The notes beneath the pieces were generated by a model. The model made no database searches and was not told where the DNA came from. It worked only from the letters and a program-made list of their open reading frames with translations. Source: Candidatus Scalindua sp. (GTDB lineage: Bacteria > Planctomycetota > Brocadiia > Brocadiales > Scalinduaceae). From it: a stretch of 32,000 nt of DNA. Of this stretch, positions 1-9,948 are shown piece after piece. Location: contig JALDRA010000001.1 of NCBI GenBank assembly GCA_031316235.1, forward strand, positions 2,730,001-2,762,000, written 5' to 3'. The translations under genes and the position numbers were made by a program. Positions within the stretch are counted from its first letter, which is position 1. Each line of letters opens with the position of its first letter.

Positions 1-90
1 CTCACCAGTCTTGCAATGCTGATTGCACTTATAACAGCACTGACACTTCTTCCGCGACTGATAATCTTGCTGAAACCGTTCGGGAAATAA
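1..90 (+). CDS. 3' end of a membrane-protein CDS entering from upstream of the window (possibly an RND/MMPL-type transporter C-terminus)
   Basis: Frame 1 is open from base 1 to TAA at 88-90. It translates to LTSLAMLIALITALTLLPRLIILLKPFGK, a hydrophobic terminal helix like those ending RND/MMPL exporters. The fragment is too short for a firm family call. Confidence 0.3.
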   Translation, partial: LTSLAMLIALITALTLLPRLIILLKPFGK

Positions 91-199
91 AAATAGCTCT
101 CCTTGAAACCTCAGACAGCCCTTGGCAGTTTCATATCGAATAAACTGATCCACTGCTGGTTCATCATGAAGGGAGTTTGTGTCGGTCTTTAACGGATGC

Positions 200-1261
200 T
201 CACCCTCCTTGTCCTGTTATTCGGTGTTTTGATTCTGCGGTAGTATTATTTTTTTCTCTTTTAAATATTATATACAGATATAAGGTAGTTACGGCAAAGA
301 TTACGAGTGTGAAAATTATGAGTCTTCTTTCAATAGTGTTGATGGAGCGTAAAGCCTCCTTTTCATCAATCTCAGCCAGAAGTACCCAATTTACAAACTT
401 CAGATTAAGCGGTGTGTAGGCGCTGAGTACCACTACTCCGCGATAGTCCGCAGTAATCATTGTACCCGTATTTCCTTCAAATGCATCCTGTGCAGCTTCT
501 GTATCTACCTCTTGTTGCAGGATTGTCGGTTCTTCAGAAAACCGTGAATTTGATCTCATAAACTCGTCTTCACCTACTAAATACATTTCTCCAGTCTCTC
601 CCAAACCCGCCCTGTGGGTTAACATGGCATCAAGATGAGAGAAAGGTATTTCTATTACCAAGACACCTGATAACGACTGGCTGTCATAGACGGGTGCGGA
701 AAAATAGGAGCGAAATTCTCCCCTTGTGTTGTTCCAGGTGTAATCCTCAAAGGCTGCCTCCTCAAGACCGTTTCTGAATACCTGAGCAAAACTAAAGTCC
801 TGGTATTTTCCTGTAAGCACATTAGTCCCGGTAAAATTTTCTCTCGTTACTGAAAATATTACGTCTCCATCTCTATTTACCAGAAAAATGTTTATATATC
901 CATGACTCTTGACGTAATGCTCCATTAACGATTGGTATCTGTTTAGGGTTTTATTATACTGGGAACTGTTGATGCCGAAGGTGTAGAAGCTCTCAGATAG
1001 TTGAACAAGGGCTTGTTTTATTATTGGGTTTTTTGCAAGGATATCAACATCACCAAATCTTTCACGGAAATAACCTATAATCTGATGCTTTAAGAGTTCT
1101 CTTGCTGTAATGAGATGGTTAAAAGCTTCATCTTTTATTGCAGACTTGAAGGCTTTGTAACTGAAAAGGGGGAAAAACAGCAAAAAAACAAAAAAAGCTA
1201 CAGCGTATGAGAGAGATATTTTTTTTATTGGCTTCATTATAATTTTTTTAATTAAGCTCAA
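200..1261 (-). CDS. Membrane-anchored Cache-like extracytoplasmic sensor domain protein with no recognisable output domain
   Basis: 353-aa ORF with an N-terminal TM helix (ISLSYAVAFFVFLLFFPLF). The periplasmic region carries the Cache-type signature GETGEMYLVGEDEFMRSNSRF. A second TM helix (LIIFTLVIFAVTTLYLYIIF) is followed by only about 20 residues before the stop. Confidence 0.55.
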   Translation of the reverse strand: MSLIKKIIMKPIKKISLSYAVAFFVFLLFFPLFSYKAFKSAIKDEAFNHLITARELLKHQIIGYFRERFGDVDILAKNPIIKQALVQLSESFYTFGINSSQYNKTLNRYQSLMEHYVKSHGYINIFLVNRDGDVIFSVTRENFTGTNVLTGKYQDFSFAQVFRNGLEEAAFEDYTWNNTRGEFRSYFSAPVYDSQSLSGVLVIEIPFSHLDAMLTHRAGLGETGEMYLVGEDEFMRSNSRFSEEPTILQQEVDTEAAQDAFEGNTGTMITADYRGVVVLSAYTPLNLKFVNWVLLAEIDEKEALRSINTIERRLIIFTLVIFAVTTLYLYIIFKREKNNTTAESKHRITGQGG

Positions 1262-1330
1262 CTACTGATTAAATAGTATGTTACGAAGCAGAACCAACAC
1301 ACATTGGCGATCTGAGGGAATGAGTTTGTA

Positions 1331-3070
1331 TTACATCTTCTCAGCTGCTTTGAGGCCAAGTATAGAGAGTCCATTTTTTATGACTACTCTTGCTGCTTCC
1401 AGTAAAAGTATCCTGGCCTTTCTTAATTCGTTGTCGTCTGTGAGAATCCTGTGATGTTGATAATATCGGTTAAATGTGCTGCAAAGATCGAGGAGATGGT
1501 TACTGAGGAGGGAAGGTTCATAATTTTCTGCTGCCCGTAAAAGTACAAGAGGGAAGTCTGCAAGTAGTTTGATTAATACGAGCTCATCGTCTTCTTTGAG
1601 CAGATCGTAGTGCACGCTGGTAGTGATGTTTTCCCCGTACTTCCTTAATATACTGCACATGCGTGCATGGGTGTATTGAACATACGGACCTGTTTCTCCA
1701 TCAAAATTAAGAATTACGTCCCAGTCAAATAAAACGTCTTTAACCCTTTTTGTACATAGTTCAGAAAATAGTATGGCCCCAATACCAACGCTTTCCGCTA
1801 CTTCCTCTCTATTTTCCAGGCCAGGATTTTTTTCTTCTATTATCTCGTCTGCAATTTTACAGGATTCTTCGAGTAAATCTTCCAGGAGAATGACCTTGCC
1901 TTCTCTCGTAGACATTTTGCCTTGTTTGAACTTAATCAGTCCGAAATCGACGTGTGCACAGTTATGAACCCACTCGTATCCCATATCTTCTAAGACCTTG
2001 AAAAACTGTTTGAAATGTAACCTCTGTTCCGAACCGACAACGTAGGCCATTTTATCAAAATTATACTTCCGTTTTCTATATTCGGCGGCACAGATATCCC
2101 TGGTGGCATACAGGCTTGCTTCATCCTTCTTTCTCAAGATACAGGGGGGCATATTATATTTTTCAAGATTTACGATCAAGGCATCCTCACTGATTTCCGT
2201 TAATCCTGAATCCTTGATTCTCTGAACGGTATCATCAAGCATTTCATTATAAAAACTTTCTCCCGCGTAGGAATCGAAGCTGATACCCAGCCTTTTGTAT
2301 ACACGCTCAAATTCCATCAAGCTTATCTCTTTAAAATGATGCCAGGCCTCTTTTGCCTCTTTATCCCCATCCTCCAGTTTTTTGAACCAATCCCTGGCTT
2401 CTTCCTCCAGATTTTTGTTAATTTTTGCCTCTTTATGAAACTTAACATACAACTCATTAAGTTTGCTTACGGTAAGTTTCTTTTTTGTTGCCGAATTCTG
2501 TTCATGAGAATTCCCAGCTGATGAAACTGCGAAGTCTAAACCCCATTTTTTCAAGGCAACAATAAGCTGTCCAAATTGTGTTCCCCAATCTCCCAGGTGA
2601 TTGATACCGATGCATTTGTATCCCAGTACGTTGTAAAGGTTGTAGATTGCGTTTCCAATGACAGCTGATCGTAGATGATGAACTGCCAGGTGTTTTGCAA
2701 TGTTTGGGGAAGAATAATCAATTATAATGGTCTTACCCTTGCCAACGGCATGGTTTCCGTAAGATGCTCCTTTGTCAGAAATTTCCTCTAAAACAGTCTT
2801 GAACAGTAATGGTTTCGATACATGGAAATTGAGATACGGGCCGTTGGCCGTTATCTCGACTATGATATCATCGGGAACAAGTTTTTGTGATAATTCTGCC
2901 GCAATCTTTTTAGGATCTTTTCTTAATTGTTGTGCTAGGGAGAAACATGGGAGCGCATAATCACCCATCTTATTGTCTGGCGGCTGTTCCAGCAGCTCTT
3001 TTATTTTATCCGGGGGGAGAGATATCTCATCCCCCAGTAAGCCGATGATAGTATTGATGAAAAGATCCAT
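1331..3070 (-). CDS. argS: Arginine--tRNA ligase
   Basis: Class I synthetase motifs are present: SSPNIAKHLAVHHLRS (HIGH-type) and GKMSTREG (KMSKS-type), plus HLGDWGTQFG. The listed ORF runs to 3184, but the ATG at 3070 (MDLFINTIIG...) gives 579 aa, the usual ArgRS length. The start is ambiguous between 3070 and 3184. Confidence 0.9.
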   Translation of the reverse strand: MDLFINTIIGLLGDEISLPPDKIKELLEQPPDNKMGDYALPCFSLAQQLRKDPKKIAAELSQKLVPDDIIVEITANGPYLNFHVSKPLLFKTVLEEISDKGASYGNHAVGKGKTIIIDYSSPNIAKHLAVHHLRSAVIGNAIYNLYNVLGYKCIGINHLGDWGTQFGQLIVALKKWGLDFAVSSAGNSHEQNSATKKKLTVSKLNELYVKFHKEAKINKNLEEEARDWFKKLEDGDKEAKEAWHHFKEISLMEFERVYKRLGISFDSYAGESFYNEMLDDTVQRIKDSGLTEISEDALIVNLEKYNMPPCILRKKDEASLYATRDICAAEYRKRKYNFDKMAYVVGSEQRLHFKQFFKVLEDMGYEWVHNCAHVDFGLIKFKQGKMSTREGKVILLEDLLEESCKIADEIIEEKNPGLENREEVAESVGIGAILFSELCTKRVKDVLFDWDVILNFDGETGPYVQYTHARMCSILRKYGENITTSVHYDLLKEDDELVLIKLLADFPLVLLRAAENYEPSLLSNHLLDLCSTFNRYYQHHRILTDDNELRKARILLLEAARVVIKNGLSILGLKAAEKM

Positions 3071-3341
3071 GGTATACAGAAATTGATAAAGAGTATTGGC
3101 AATCCACAACCTTCCAGTATAAGGATTTTTACTTTTATAGAAAGATAGAAATTCTTCGCACTGATACGGTGAGATGTTTCTCAATCATCTTATTGTACAA
3201 AAGAGTAGATTCACCCTGTTTCCTCATTAATATTTTTTGTCCTCTATTATAAAAAACCTGTACGTTACTTCTACAAAAATAATTTTTATTTTCCGGAGTG
3301 AAGTAGTGCCCTGTTTCCTGTTGTTTCAATGGTGAGAACGG

Positions 3342-3456
3342 ATATACTAAAACTGATCTGGTTTTCGGTTTTACCGGAAACCAGATCTTGGTGAAGGTAT
3401 ACTCGCTCAATTTTATCTCGGATTTCATCCGAAAACCATTATGAGATGAGTATATC
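3342..3456 (+). repeat. Copy A (full length) of a dispersed modular hairpin repeat; strand is only a reference orientation
   Basis: Perfect 8-bp inverted termini GATATACT (3341-3348) and AGTATATC (3449-3456). Module 1 (3342-3400) matches 29996-30054 with 4 mismatches in 59 nt. Module 2 (3401-3455) matches 26401-26455 with 4 mismatches in 55 nt. Inner stem TCGGAT/ATCCGA lies at 3418-3432. Confidence 0.85.
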
Positions 3457-3637
3457 AATGAGATCTCTCCTGTCTCGATCATTTTGAGCACTCGATTCCC
3501 TCTCCTTTTTTCCTTTTGTTGATGTCCGGCAGCACAAAGACAATTATTCCTGAGTTACGATAATTTTTACACTGCCGTTGTTGAAAACTTTTGTCTTTTC
3601 TGCACTATTTTCAGAATCATTTTACCCGTTTGATAAC

Positions 3638-4192
3638 TTATGCAGGTTTTGTAGATTTTTCAACGTAAGCGGCAAGGATTCCTGCAAGCAGACCGGAAAG
3701 ATGCCCTTCCCAGGAAATACGTGAAAGTGTGGGCAATACTCCCCAGATGATTCCTCCGAATAGAGAAACGGTAAAAAATGCAGTGAGAAAGGATTTCAGG
3801 CTGCGATCATACCATGCCCGAATGACCAGATATCCGAAGTAGCCAAAGATAAGGCCGCTTGCGCCAACATGGCAGGATGAACGTCCAAAGAGCCAGAGAA
3901 TTGAGCCGCTTACAATGATAATGATAGTGGTTATCTCAAAGAACAGCCGCTTTCCATGGAGCATAACAAAGCCTCCGAGTACCGCTAAGGGTATGGTGTT
4001 TACCATAGTATGGTTTAAACTTGAGTGCAAAAAAGGACTTAAGGGTATTCCGATAAGCCCTTTTACCGTTCGAGGTACTATTCCCCAGCTGCTGAGGATG
4101 TGTCCTGTGGACAAATTTATGAATTCGATTATCCATAGTGCTGCCACAAACCCGAAAATCCAATAAATACTCTTTTTTGTTTCTTGTTTCAT
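3638..4192 (-). CDS. Rhomboid family intramembrane serine protease
   Basis: 184-aa polytopic membrane ORF with the catalytic GxSG motif (HVGASGLIFGYFG) and a downstream His-containing helix (GHLSGLLAGILAA). Confidence 0.85.
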   Translation of the reverse strand: MKQETKKSIYWIFGFVAALWIIEFINLSTGHILSSWGIVPRTVKGLIGIPLSPFLHSSLNHTMVNTIPLAVLGGFVMLHGKRLFFEITTIIIIVSGSILWLFGRSSCHVGASGLIFGYFGYLVIRAWYDRSLKSFLTAFFTVSLFGGIIWGVLPTLSRISWEGHLSGLLAGILAAYVEKSTKPA

Positions 4193-4230
4193 CTGAGAAG
4201 GGTTGTACTGGTTAGTTTACAAACTACAAC

Positions 4231-4258
4231 TTGACACAGATACCATATTGTTTAGTAT
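4231..4258 (+). promoter_or_regulatory. Candidate sigma70-type promoter for the small ORF at 4330
   Basis: TTGACA (4231-4236), a 16-nt spacer, then TAGTAT (4253-4258), about 70 nt upstream of the ATG at 4330. Sequence pattern only. Confidence 0.3.
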
Positions 4259-4329
4259 ATGTCTATCAGAAAGCAGTAAAATATTTTTTTACTTCATTAC
4301 TTTTGTTAGTGAGAAAGGAGACGATAATA

Positions 4330-4491
4330 ATGTATGAGTTTAGAATTGTCATAAGAATGGAAAGGGGAGAAGAACAGGTATTCATTGTCAATACAGACGC
4401 GGAGAATGAGGCTACAGCTGAAGACCAGATAAAATATCTGGTAAATAACAGTCTGGAAATATTAACTATTGAACGAATTAAGATGGGATAA
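4330..4491 (+). CDS. Small hypothetical protein (53 aa)
   Basis: The internal ATG of the listed 86-aa ORF is preceded by AAGGAG (4315-4320) at 9-nt spacing. Product is MYEFRIVIRMERGEEQVFIVNTDAENEATAEDQIKYLVNNSLEILTIERIKMG. No family recognised. Confidence 0.45.
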   Translation: MYEFRIVIRMERGEEQVFIVNTDAENEATAEDQIKYLVNNSLEILTIERIKMG

Positions 4492-4615
4492 AAAACCTTG
4501 AACTATTTGATTTTTCAATTTTCACTTGAAAAGATCCCGTACCTTTCCGCTCTTTGTGCCGGAAATGTAACAATAGAGGGAAGTTAGCAGGACAATTCAA
4601 CGGGGAACACTACAT

Positions 4616-5905
4616 ATGGATCAACCAGAGAAAATGATTATTTATAATCTATTTCCGTTGCTTGCAGGCAGGTTTTCTGAGTGGGAAAGTCATCTGAGGA
4701 GGGCAGCAGAGATGGGGTTCAACTGGGTATTTGTCAACCCTGTTCATCTCACAGGTTCTTCAGGCAGCCTCTACTCAGTAAAGGATTATTTTCGTATCAA
4801 TCCGATACTGGTTGATTCCGATAATGCAAATTCACCGGAAGACCAGGCAAAGGAAGCGAACGAGACTGCAGAAAAACTGGGGTTACGGATGATGGTGGAC
4901 CTGGTGGTTAACCACTGTGCAGCGGACTCGGGGCTTATACGTGAGCATCCTGAGTGGTTCAAGTGGGAGCACGAGGGGCACGTTGAAAAAGCTTTCTGTT
5001 ATGAAAACGGCAATAAGGTTGTATGGGGTGATCTTGCAAGATTTGATTATTGGCATTCCAGGGACCAGGAGGGGCTTTTCCTGTTTTTCCTCAAGGTTGT
5101 GAAATTTCTCATCAATCTCGGTTTTAAGGGCTTTCGATGTGATGCGGCCTATCAGGTTCCCGATAGTTTTTGGGAAAGACTCATTCGGGAGACACGATCT
5201 CTCTTTCCAGAAGTACTCTTTTTTGCTGAAACCCTTGGTTGTACAACTGCTCAGACAAAAAATACTGCAGGCGCCGGTTTTAATTACATATTCAACAGTT
5301 CAAAATGGTGGGATTTTCACAGTCCGTGGTTGATGGAACAGTATAATCTTACACGGGAGATTGTTCCTTCGGTCAGTTTTCCCGAGAGCCATGATACGCG
5401 CAGGCTGGGAGAAGAATTTCACGGCAATACAAACGGGCTTAAGCAGCGATATCTGTTTTCGGCTCTCTTTTCCGCTGGAGTATTAGTACCGATAGGTTTC
5501 GAATATGGTTTTCGTAAGAGGTTTCATGTCGTAAAGACAAGGACTGCGGATTGGGAAGAAACAGATATTGATTTGACTTCATTTATTACAAAGGTAAACA
5601 GAATTAAGGAAAGCTGTGAAATTTTTCAGATAGAAGCACCTACTGAGCTCATAGACTGCCATAATCATAATATCCTGCTCATGTGGAAAGGGTCTGAAGA
5701 TGGACATGGGGAATCTCTGATCATTCTCAATAAAGACATCTGTAACAAGCAACATTTTTTTACGGATAGTTTGCGGAAGTTTGTCCGGCAAGAGGGGGTA
5801 TTAAGAGATGTTTCTCCAGAATACCCTCTTGAGTATCTACCCGAACCGTTTTCTTATGACCTGCGTCCTGGACAGGGGATTGTGCTGGTAACTGCGGATT
5901 TATGA
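4616..5905 (+). CDS. GH13 (alpha-amylase family) glucan-active enzyme
   Basis: GH13 conserved regions are present: VDLVVNHC (region I), GFRCDAAYQVP (II, nucleophile Asp), FFAETLG (III, acid/base Glu) and FPESHDT (IV). It sits beside glgA/B/C. Exact activity cannot be told from sequence. Confidence 0.85.
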   Translation: MDQPEKMIIYNLFPLLAGRFSEWESHLRRAAEMGFNWVFVNPVHLTGSSGSLYSVKDYFRINPILVDSDNANSPEDQAKEANETAEKLGLRMMVDLVVNHCAADSGLIREHPEWFKWEHEGHVEKAFCYENGNKVVWGDLARFDYWHSRDQEGLFLFFLKVVKFLINLGFKGFRCDAAYQVPDSFWERLIRETRSLFPEVLFFAETLGCTTAQTKNTAGAGFNYIFNSSKWWDFHSPWLMEQYNLTREIVPSVSFPESHDTRRLGEEFHGNTNGLKQRYLFSALFSAGVLVPIGFEYGFRKRFHVVKTRTADWEETDIDLTSFITKVNRIKESCEIFQIEAPTELIDCHNHNILLMWKGSEDGHGESLIILNKDICNKQHFFTDSLRKFVRQEGVLRDVSPEYPLEYLPEPFSYDLRPGQGIVLVTADL

Positions 5906-6069
5906 ACGATAGTGTCTGAACGGAAACCCTGTCTTTGAATGAAAACTTCCCAGGAAACAAGGCAGTCTGATTCCGTAACCTGAGCGAAATAGTGTACTTG
6001 AGGATTAAGGAGTCTTTACAGCTATGCAGGAGGGGGTGTGACTTTCTTTCTGCGGCACAGTACGAATAC

Positions 6070-7539
6070 TTACTCCCTGATATAGTTGTAAATATTCAGA
6101 TAATGAATGCCTGGTGAGTTCCAGGAGTAGTCATATTTCATACCATTCATCATTAATTCCCTGAAGTACTGTGGATGTGAATTCCACATGCCGATTGCAC
6201 GACGCATGGCTGATTCCAGCCCCTCTTCATTGAAATGATGAAATACATATCCATTTCTTTCATGGAAAGGTTTGTCTGAGTTATCAGCATCAAAAACGGT
6301 ATCTCCTAATCCTCCCGTATCCCTCACAACCGGTATTGTTCCATACTTCATGGCTATTAACTGTGTTAACCCGCACGGCTCAAACAGGCTGGGCAGGATC
6401 ATCATGTCAGCACCCGCATAAATCAAGTGGGCCAGTTCCTCGTTATAGCCAATTTCAAGATGGCAATCAGGATTATCGTTTAGCTGGTGTTTCAGTTGCC
6501 AAAAATAGTTATTCAGGTCATGATCAGTGCTGGAACCAAGAAGTACAAACTGGCAACCATTTCCCAATGCGTAAAAGATTGCGTGTCTGATAAGATGAAC
6601 CCCCTTTTGGTGATCAAGTCTTCCAACGTAAGCGAAAAGAGGCTTAAAATCCAGTCTAAGCATTAACCTCTGGCGGAGCACTTCCTTATTTCCGAATTTG
6701 TGATCAAGTCTGTCGATTCCATAATTGTACGGTATGTTTCTATCAATCTCGGGGTTCCAAAAATCGTAATCTATACCGTTTAAGACTCCGCCAAATTTAT
6801 TCCGATGTTCGTAAAGGGTGTGGCCGAGACCAAAACCCTGATCTGTGGTCATTATTTCGTTTGCATACCTGGGAGATACTGTTGTGACAAAATTTGAATA
6901 GACAATTCCTCCTTTCATCAAATTTATGGCGGAGGAATTGAAATTGTCCTTCAGGCGGTCCTGGTTACAATAATGACCAGTATTGTTCAAGCCGACTTCT
7001 CTGAGTATAAATTCCCCGGTTACACCTTGATGTTTCAGGTTGTGGAGTGTGTAACATACACGAGGGTGTGTCATACCTTGATTCTTGTAAAGGTCAAATA
7101 AAAGTACCGGGACGAGGCCTGTTTGCCAGTCATGGCAGTGAATAATCTCGGGATGTTTTTCGGTTCTTATCATAAATTCCAGAGAGGCCCTGCAGAAAAA
7201 AGCAAACCTTTCCGGGTCATCATGATGACCATAATAGAGGCCACGGTTAAAAAGATTCCTTTCAGAATGAGGTTCTATGAAGAAGCACTTTCGACTGTGA
7301 ACGAAACCAAAAAAGACAGAGCAATGAACCTGCTGGTCGTAAAAAGGAACCCAGAGATCGTGTAACACTTTCTGGAGCCCATAAATGTGCTCATAACGCA
7401 TACAGTCGTATTTGGGAAGTATAATTTCAACATCGTTTCCCCTGATTTCAAGTTCGCGGCTGAGCCCATATATTACATCGGCAAGACCACCTACTTTTGC
7501 CACAGGGGCACACTCAGTTGCAATCATGATAATATACAT
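6070..7539 (-). CDS. glgA: Glycogen synthase (ADP-glucose type)
   Basis: The N-terminus MYIIMIATECAPVAKVGGLADV carries the KVGGL signature, followed by a GT5/GT1-type C-terminal half. The listed ORF starts at a TTG at 7554. The ATG at 7539 is preceded by GGGAGG (7547-7552) and is preferred. Confidence 0.92.
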   Translation of the reverse strand: MYIIMIATECAPVAKVGGLADVIYGLSRELEIRGNDVEIILPKYDCMRYEHIYGLQKVLHDLWVPFYDQQVHCSVFFGFVHSRKCFFIEPHSERNLFNRGLYYGHHDDPERFAFFCRASLEFMIRTEKHPEIIHCHDWQTGLVPVLLFDLYKNQGMTHPRVCYTLHNLKHQGVTGEFILREVGLNNTGHYCNQDRLKDNFNSSAINLMKGGIVYSNFVTTVSPRYANEIMTTDQGFGLGHTLYEHRNKFGGVLNGIDYDFWNPEIDRNIPYNYGIDRLDHKFGNKEVLRQRLMLRLDFKPLFAYVGRLDHQKGVHLIRHAIFYALGNGCQFVLLGSSTDHDLNNYFWQLKHQLNDNPDCHLEIGYNEELAHLIYAGADMMILPSLFEPCGLTQLIAMKYGTIPVVRDTGGLGDTVFDADNSDKPFHERNGYVFHHFNEEGLESAMRRAIGMWNSHPQYFRELMMNGMKYDYSWNSPGIHYLNIYNYIRE

Positions 7540-7629
7540 TCTTCCGCCTCCCAACCCGCCAGAGCCACAACCAGAAAGAGATAAATTCCTTGTGTGCTCC
7601 GGCTCTGCCGGGTTGTTAAATGAAAACCG

Positions 7630-7669
7630 CCTGTCTGCCGTCTGCCTGTGCGTGTTGCATGCAGACAGG
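7630..7669 (-). terminator. Candidate intrinsic terminator downstream of glgB
   Basis: 9-bp GC-rich inverted repeat CCTGTCTGC (7630-7638) / GCAGACAGG (7661-7669). On the minus strand it is followed by cggTTTTcaTTT. The loop is long (22 nt), and an alternative stem exists (CCTGTGC 7645-7651 / GCACAGG 7676-7682). Confidence 0.35.
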
Positions 7670-7787
7670 TTTCCGGCACAGGTAGATAGATTTTTTAACT
7701 TTCCCTAAAAAAATACTAATATCAGTACAGTCGCACTACTCAGAACTCCAACCGTATCAGTCTTCAGGTTTATATCGAGAGAATTGA

Positions 7788-9740
7788 TCATATATTTTTT
7801 TCGTTCATTGGTTTTAATATTAAAACACCAAGAGGCGGCAGGTTTAACTTGAGAGAGCAGGGTCTTTCTCGAAAGGATACTGCTTCTGAATACACACCAC
7901 CACTGTTGCCAACATTACTGCCCCAGTATTCAGTGGCATCACTGTTAAGGATTTCCCTGTAAAATCCTCCTTTCGATATTCCAACCCTGTAATCATACCT
8001 TGGAACGGATGTGAAATTTAATACGAAGATTAAGAAATCATTGGAATTTTTTGCCTTCCGCATAAAGGCAATGATGCTTTGTTCATAATCGCTAAAGTCA
8101 AGCCACTCAAAACCATCATTTGAAAAATCAAGCTCATGCAATGCAGATTCTGTTCTGTATAAATGGTTTAAGTCTTTGACCCACCTTTGTAAACCTTGAT
8201 GTGAGGGATATTGAAGAACAAACCATTCTAAACTCTCATCGTGGTTCCACTCTTTGTATTGGCCGAATTCACCACCCATAAAGAGGATTTTCTTTCCGGG
8301 ATGACCATACATGAATCCAAATAAAAGTCTGAGATTTGCAAAACGCTGCCACTCATCTCCCGGCATCTTGCCAATGAGTGAACCCTTACCATGGACAACC
8401 TCGTCATGTGAGAGCGGAAGGGCAAAATTCTCAGAAAAGGCATACCAGATACTGAAGGTAAGCTCATTGTGATGATATTTTCTGAAGACAGGGTCTTTTG
8501 AGATGTATTCTAAGGTATCGTGCATCCAGCCCATATTCCATTTCATACCAAAACCCAGCCCCCCGATATGTGTTGGTCTTGAAACCATAGGCCATGATGT
8601 AGACTCTTCAGCTATCACTTGAACATCATGATGTGTGGTGTATATGCTTTCGTTCAGTTTTTTTATTAATTCTATGGCATCAAGATCCTCTTTGCCGCCA
8701 TATTTGTTGGGTATCCACTCCCCTTCTTTTCTTGCGTAATCAAGATAGAGCATGGACGCAACAGCGTCAACCCTGATGCCGTCAATGTGATATTTATCAA
8801 GCCAGAAGAGGGCACTGCTGATGAGAAATGCTCGTACCTCGTTTCTGCTGAAGTTAAAAATCGAGCTCTTCCATTCCGGATGAAACCCTTTCTTGGGATC
8901 AGCATGCTCGTAAAGATGAGTACCGTCAAAATAGGAAAGTCCATATTCATCAGAGGGGAAATGGGAAGGGACCCAGTCAAGGATTACACCGATACTGTTT
9001 CGATGGAGGTAATCCAGCAGGTACATGAAGTCCTGGGGGGTGCCGTATCTCCTTGTCGGAGCAAAGTAGCCTGTAGTTTGATACCCCCAGGAGCCATAAA
9101 ACGGATGCTCCATAATCGGGAGAAATTCAACGTGGGTAAATTCCATCTCCTTGACATAGTCTGTAAGTAAATGTGCCATCTCCCTGTAGTTAAGAAACAG
9201 ATTCCCTTCGTCATCCTTCCTCTTCCATGAGCCGAGATGAACTTCATAGATAGAAAAAGGTGCCTGTAATGCGTTGTATTTGCTTCGGCTACGCATCCAC
9301 TCATCATCATTCCATTGATAGTCGAGATCCCAAACAATGGACGCAGTTTTGGAAGGTAATTCCCATGAGAAGGCGAATGGGTCTCCTTTATCGACACGAT
9401 AGTTATGATATTTTGAGACTATGTGATATTTATAGATAGTGCCTTTCTTTAAACCGGGAATAAAATTTTCCCATATGCCAGATCTGTCTCTTCTCATATT
9501 GAGAGGGTGAGACTTTCTATTCCATCCATTAAAATCCCCGATAACAGAGACTTTTTCTGCATTTGGTGCCCACACAGAAAAGTAGACTCCTTCCTCTCCA
9601 TTCATAGACACAAGGTGAGAACCAAATTTATCATAGAGTTTGAAATGATTTCCCTCCTTGAAAAGATAGATATCGTGGTCGGTGAATAAACTCAAGTTGT
9701 CCGGAACTCTCTCAATGTTGTCATTCTGTTCTCTTACCAT
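7788..9740 (-). CDS. glgB: 1,4-alpha-glucan branching enzyme
   Basis: 650 aa with an N-terminal CBM48-like region ([22 protein letters not shown]). GH13 catalytic regions are [31 protein letters not shown] and [12 protein letters not shown]. Confidence 0.95.
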   Translation of the reverse strand: MVREQNDNIERVPDNLSLFTDHDIYLFKEGNHFKLYDKFGSHLVSMNGEEGVYFSVWAPNAEKVSVIGDFNGWNRKSHPLNMRRDRSGIWENFIPGLKKGTIYKYHIVSKYHNYRVDKGDPFAFSWELPSKTASIVWDLDYQWNDDEWMRSRSKYNALQAPFSIYEVHLGSWKRKDDEGNLFLNYREMAHLLTDYVKEMEFTHVEFLPIMEHPFYGSWGYQTTGYFAPTRRYGTPQDFMYLLDYLHRNSIGVILDWVPSHFPSDEYGLSYFDGTHLYEHADPKKGFHPEWKSSIFNFSRNEVRAFLISSALFWLDKYHIDGIRVDAVASMLYLDYARKEGEWIPNKYGGKEDLDAIELIKKLNESIYTTHHDVQVIAEESTSWPMVSRPTHIGGLGFGMKWNMGWMHDTLEYISKDPVFRKYHHNELTFSIWYAFSENFALPLSHDEVVHGKGSLIGKMPGDEWQRFANLRLLFGFMYGHPGKKILFMGGEFGQYKEWNHDESLEWFVLQYPSHQGLQRWVKDLNHLYRTESALHELDFSNDGFEWLDFSDYEQSIIAFMRKAKNSNDFLIFVLNFTSVPRYDYRVGISKGGFYREILNSDATEYWGSNVGNSGGVYSEAVSFRERPCSLKLNLPPLGVLILKPMNEKNI

Positions 9741-9829
9741 TATTCAAGCCTTCAATTATTACTATGAATGAAATGTGAGGAATAAAAACTGAAAAATATA
9801 TTTATCGTATCAACAGGTGGTAATAATAT

Positions 9830-9860
9830 CCATTGCTTTTTTGATGAAAAGAAGCAATGG
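9830..9860 (-). terminator. Hairpin downstream of glgC (possible terminator)
   Basis: Inverted repeat CCATTGCTT (9830-9838) / AAGCAATGG (9852-9860) in the 208-nt gap between the glgC stop and the glgB start. The trailing T-tract is weak on either strand. Confidence 0.25.
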
Positions 9861-9948
9861 GCTGGTTTTCATCCCAATAGTTGTGGAGTGTTCGAGGTAT
9901 TTTCATGGTAAAAAATACAGCTCGTAAACAAAAAGCAGTGTGATCTGT

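Noticed and set aside
3071-3184. N-terminal extensions offered by the ORF track (argS to 3184, glgA to 7554, response regulator to 11780, beta-propeller from 16921, REC-XRE from 26548, small ORF from 4231)
   Set aside because: In each case an internal ATG matches the conserved family N-terminus and/or has a proper Shine-Dalgarno sequence (for example GGGAGG before glgA and before the propeller gene). The longer versions start at TTG or overlap the upstream gene.
3135-3491. 118-aa minus-strand ORF upstream of argS
   Set aside because: It is made almost entirely of repeat copy A plus flanking AT-rich spacer. The equivalent repeat copies elsewhere are not in conserved frames. It overlaps the extended argS ORF, and no RBS or family resemblance is evident.
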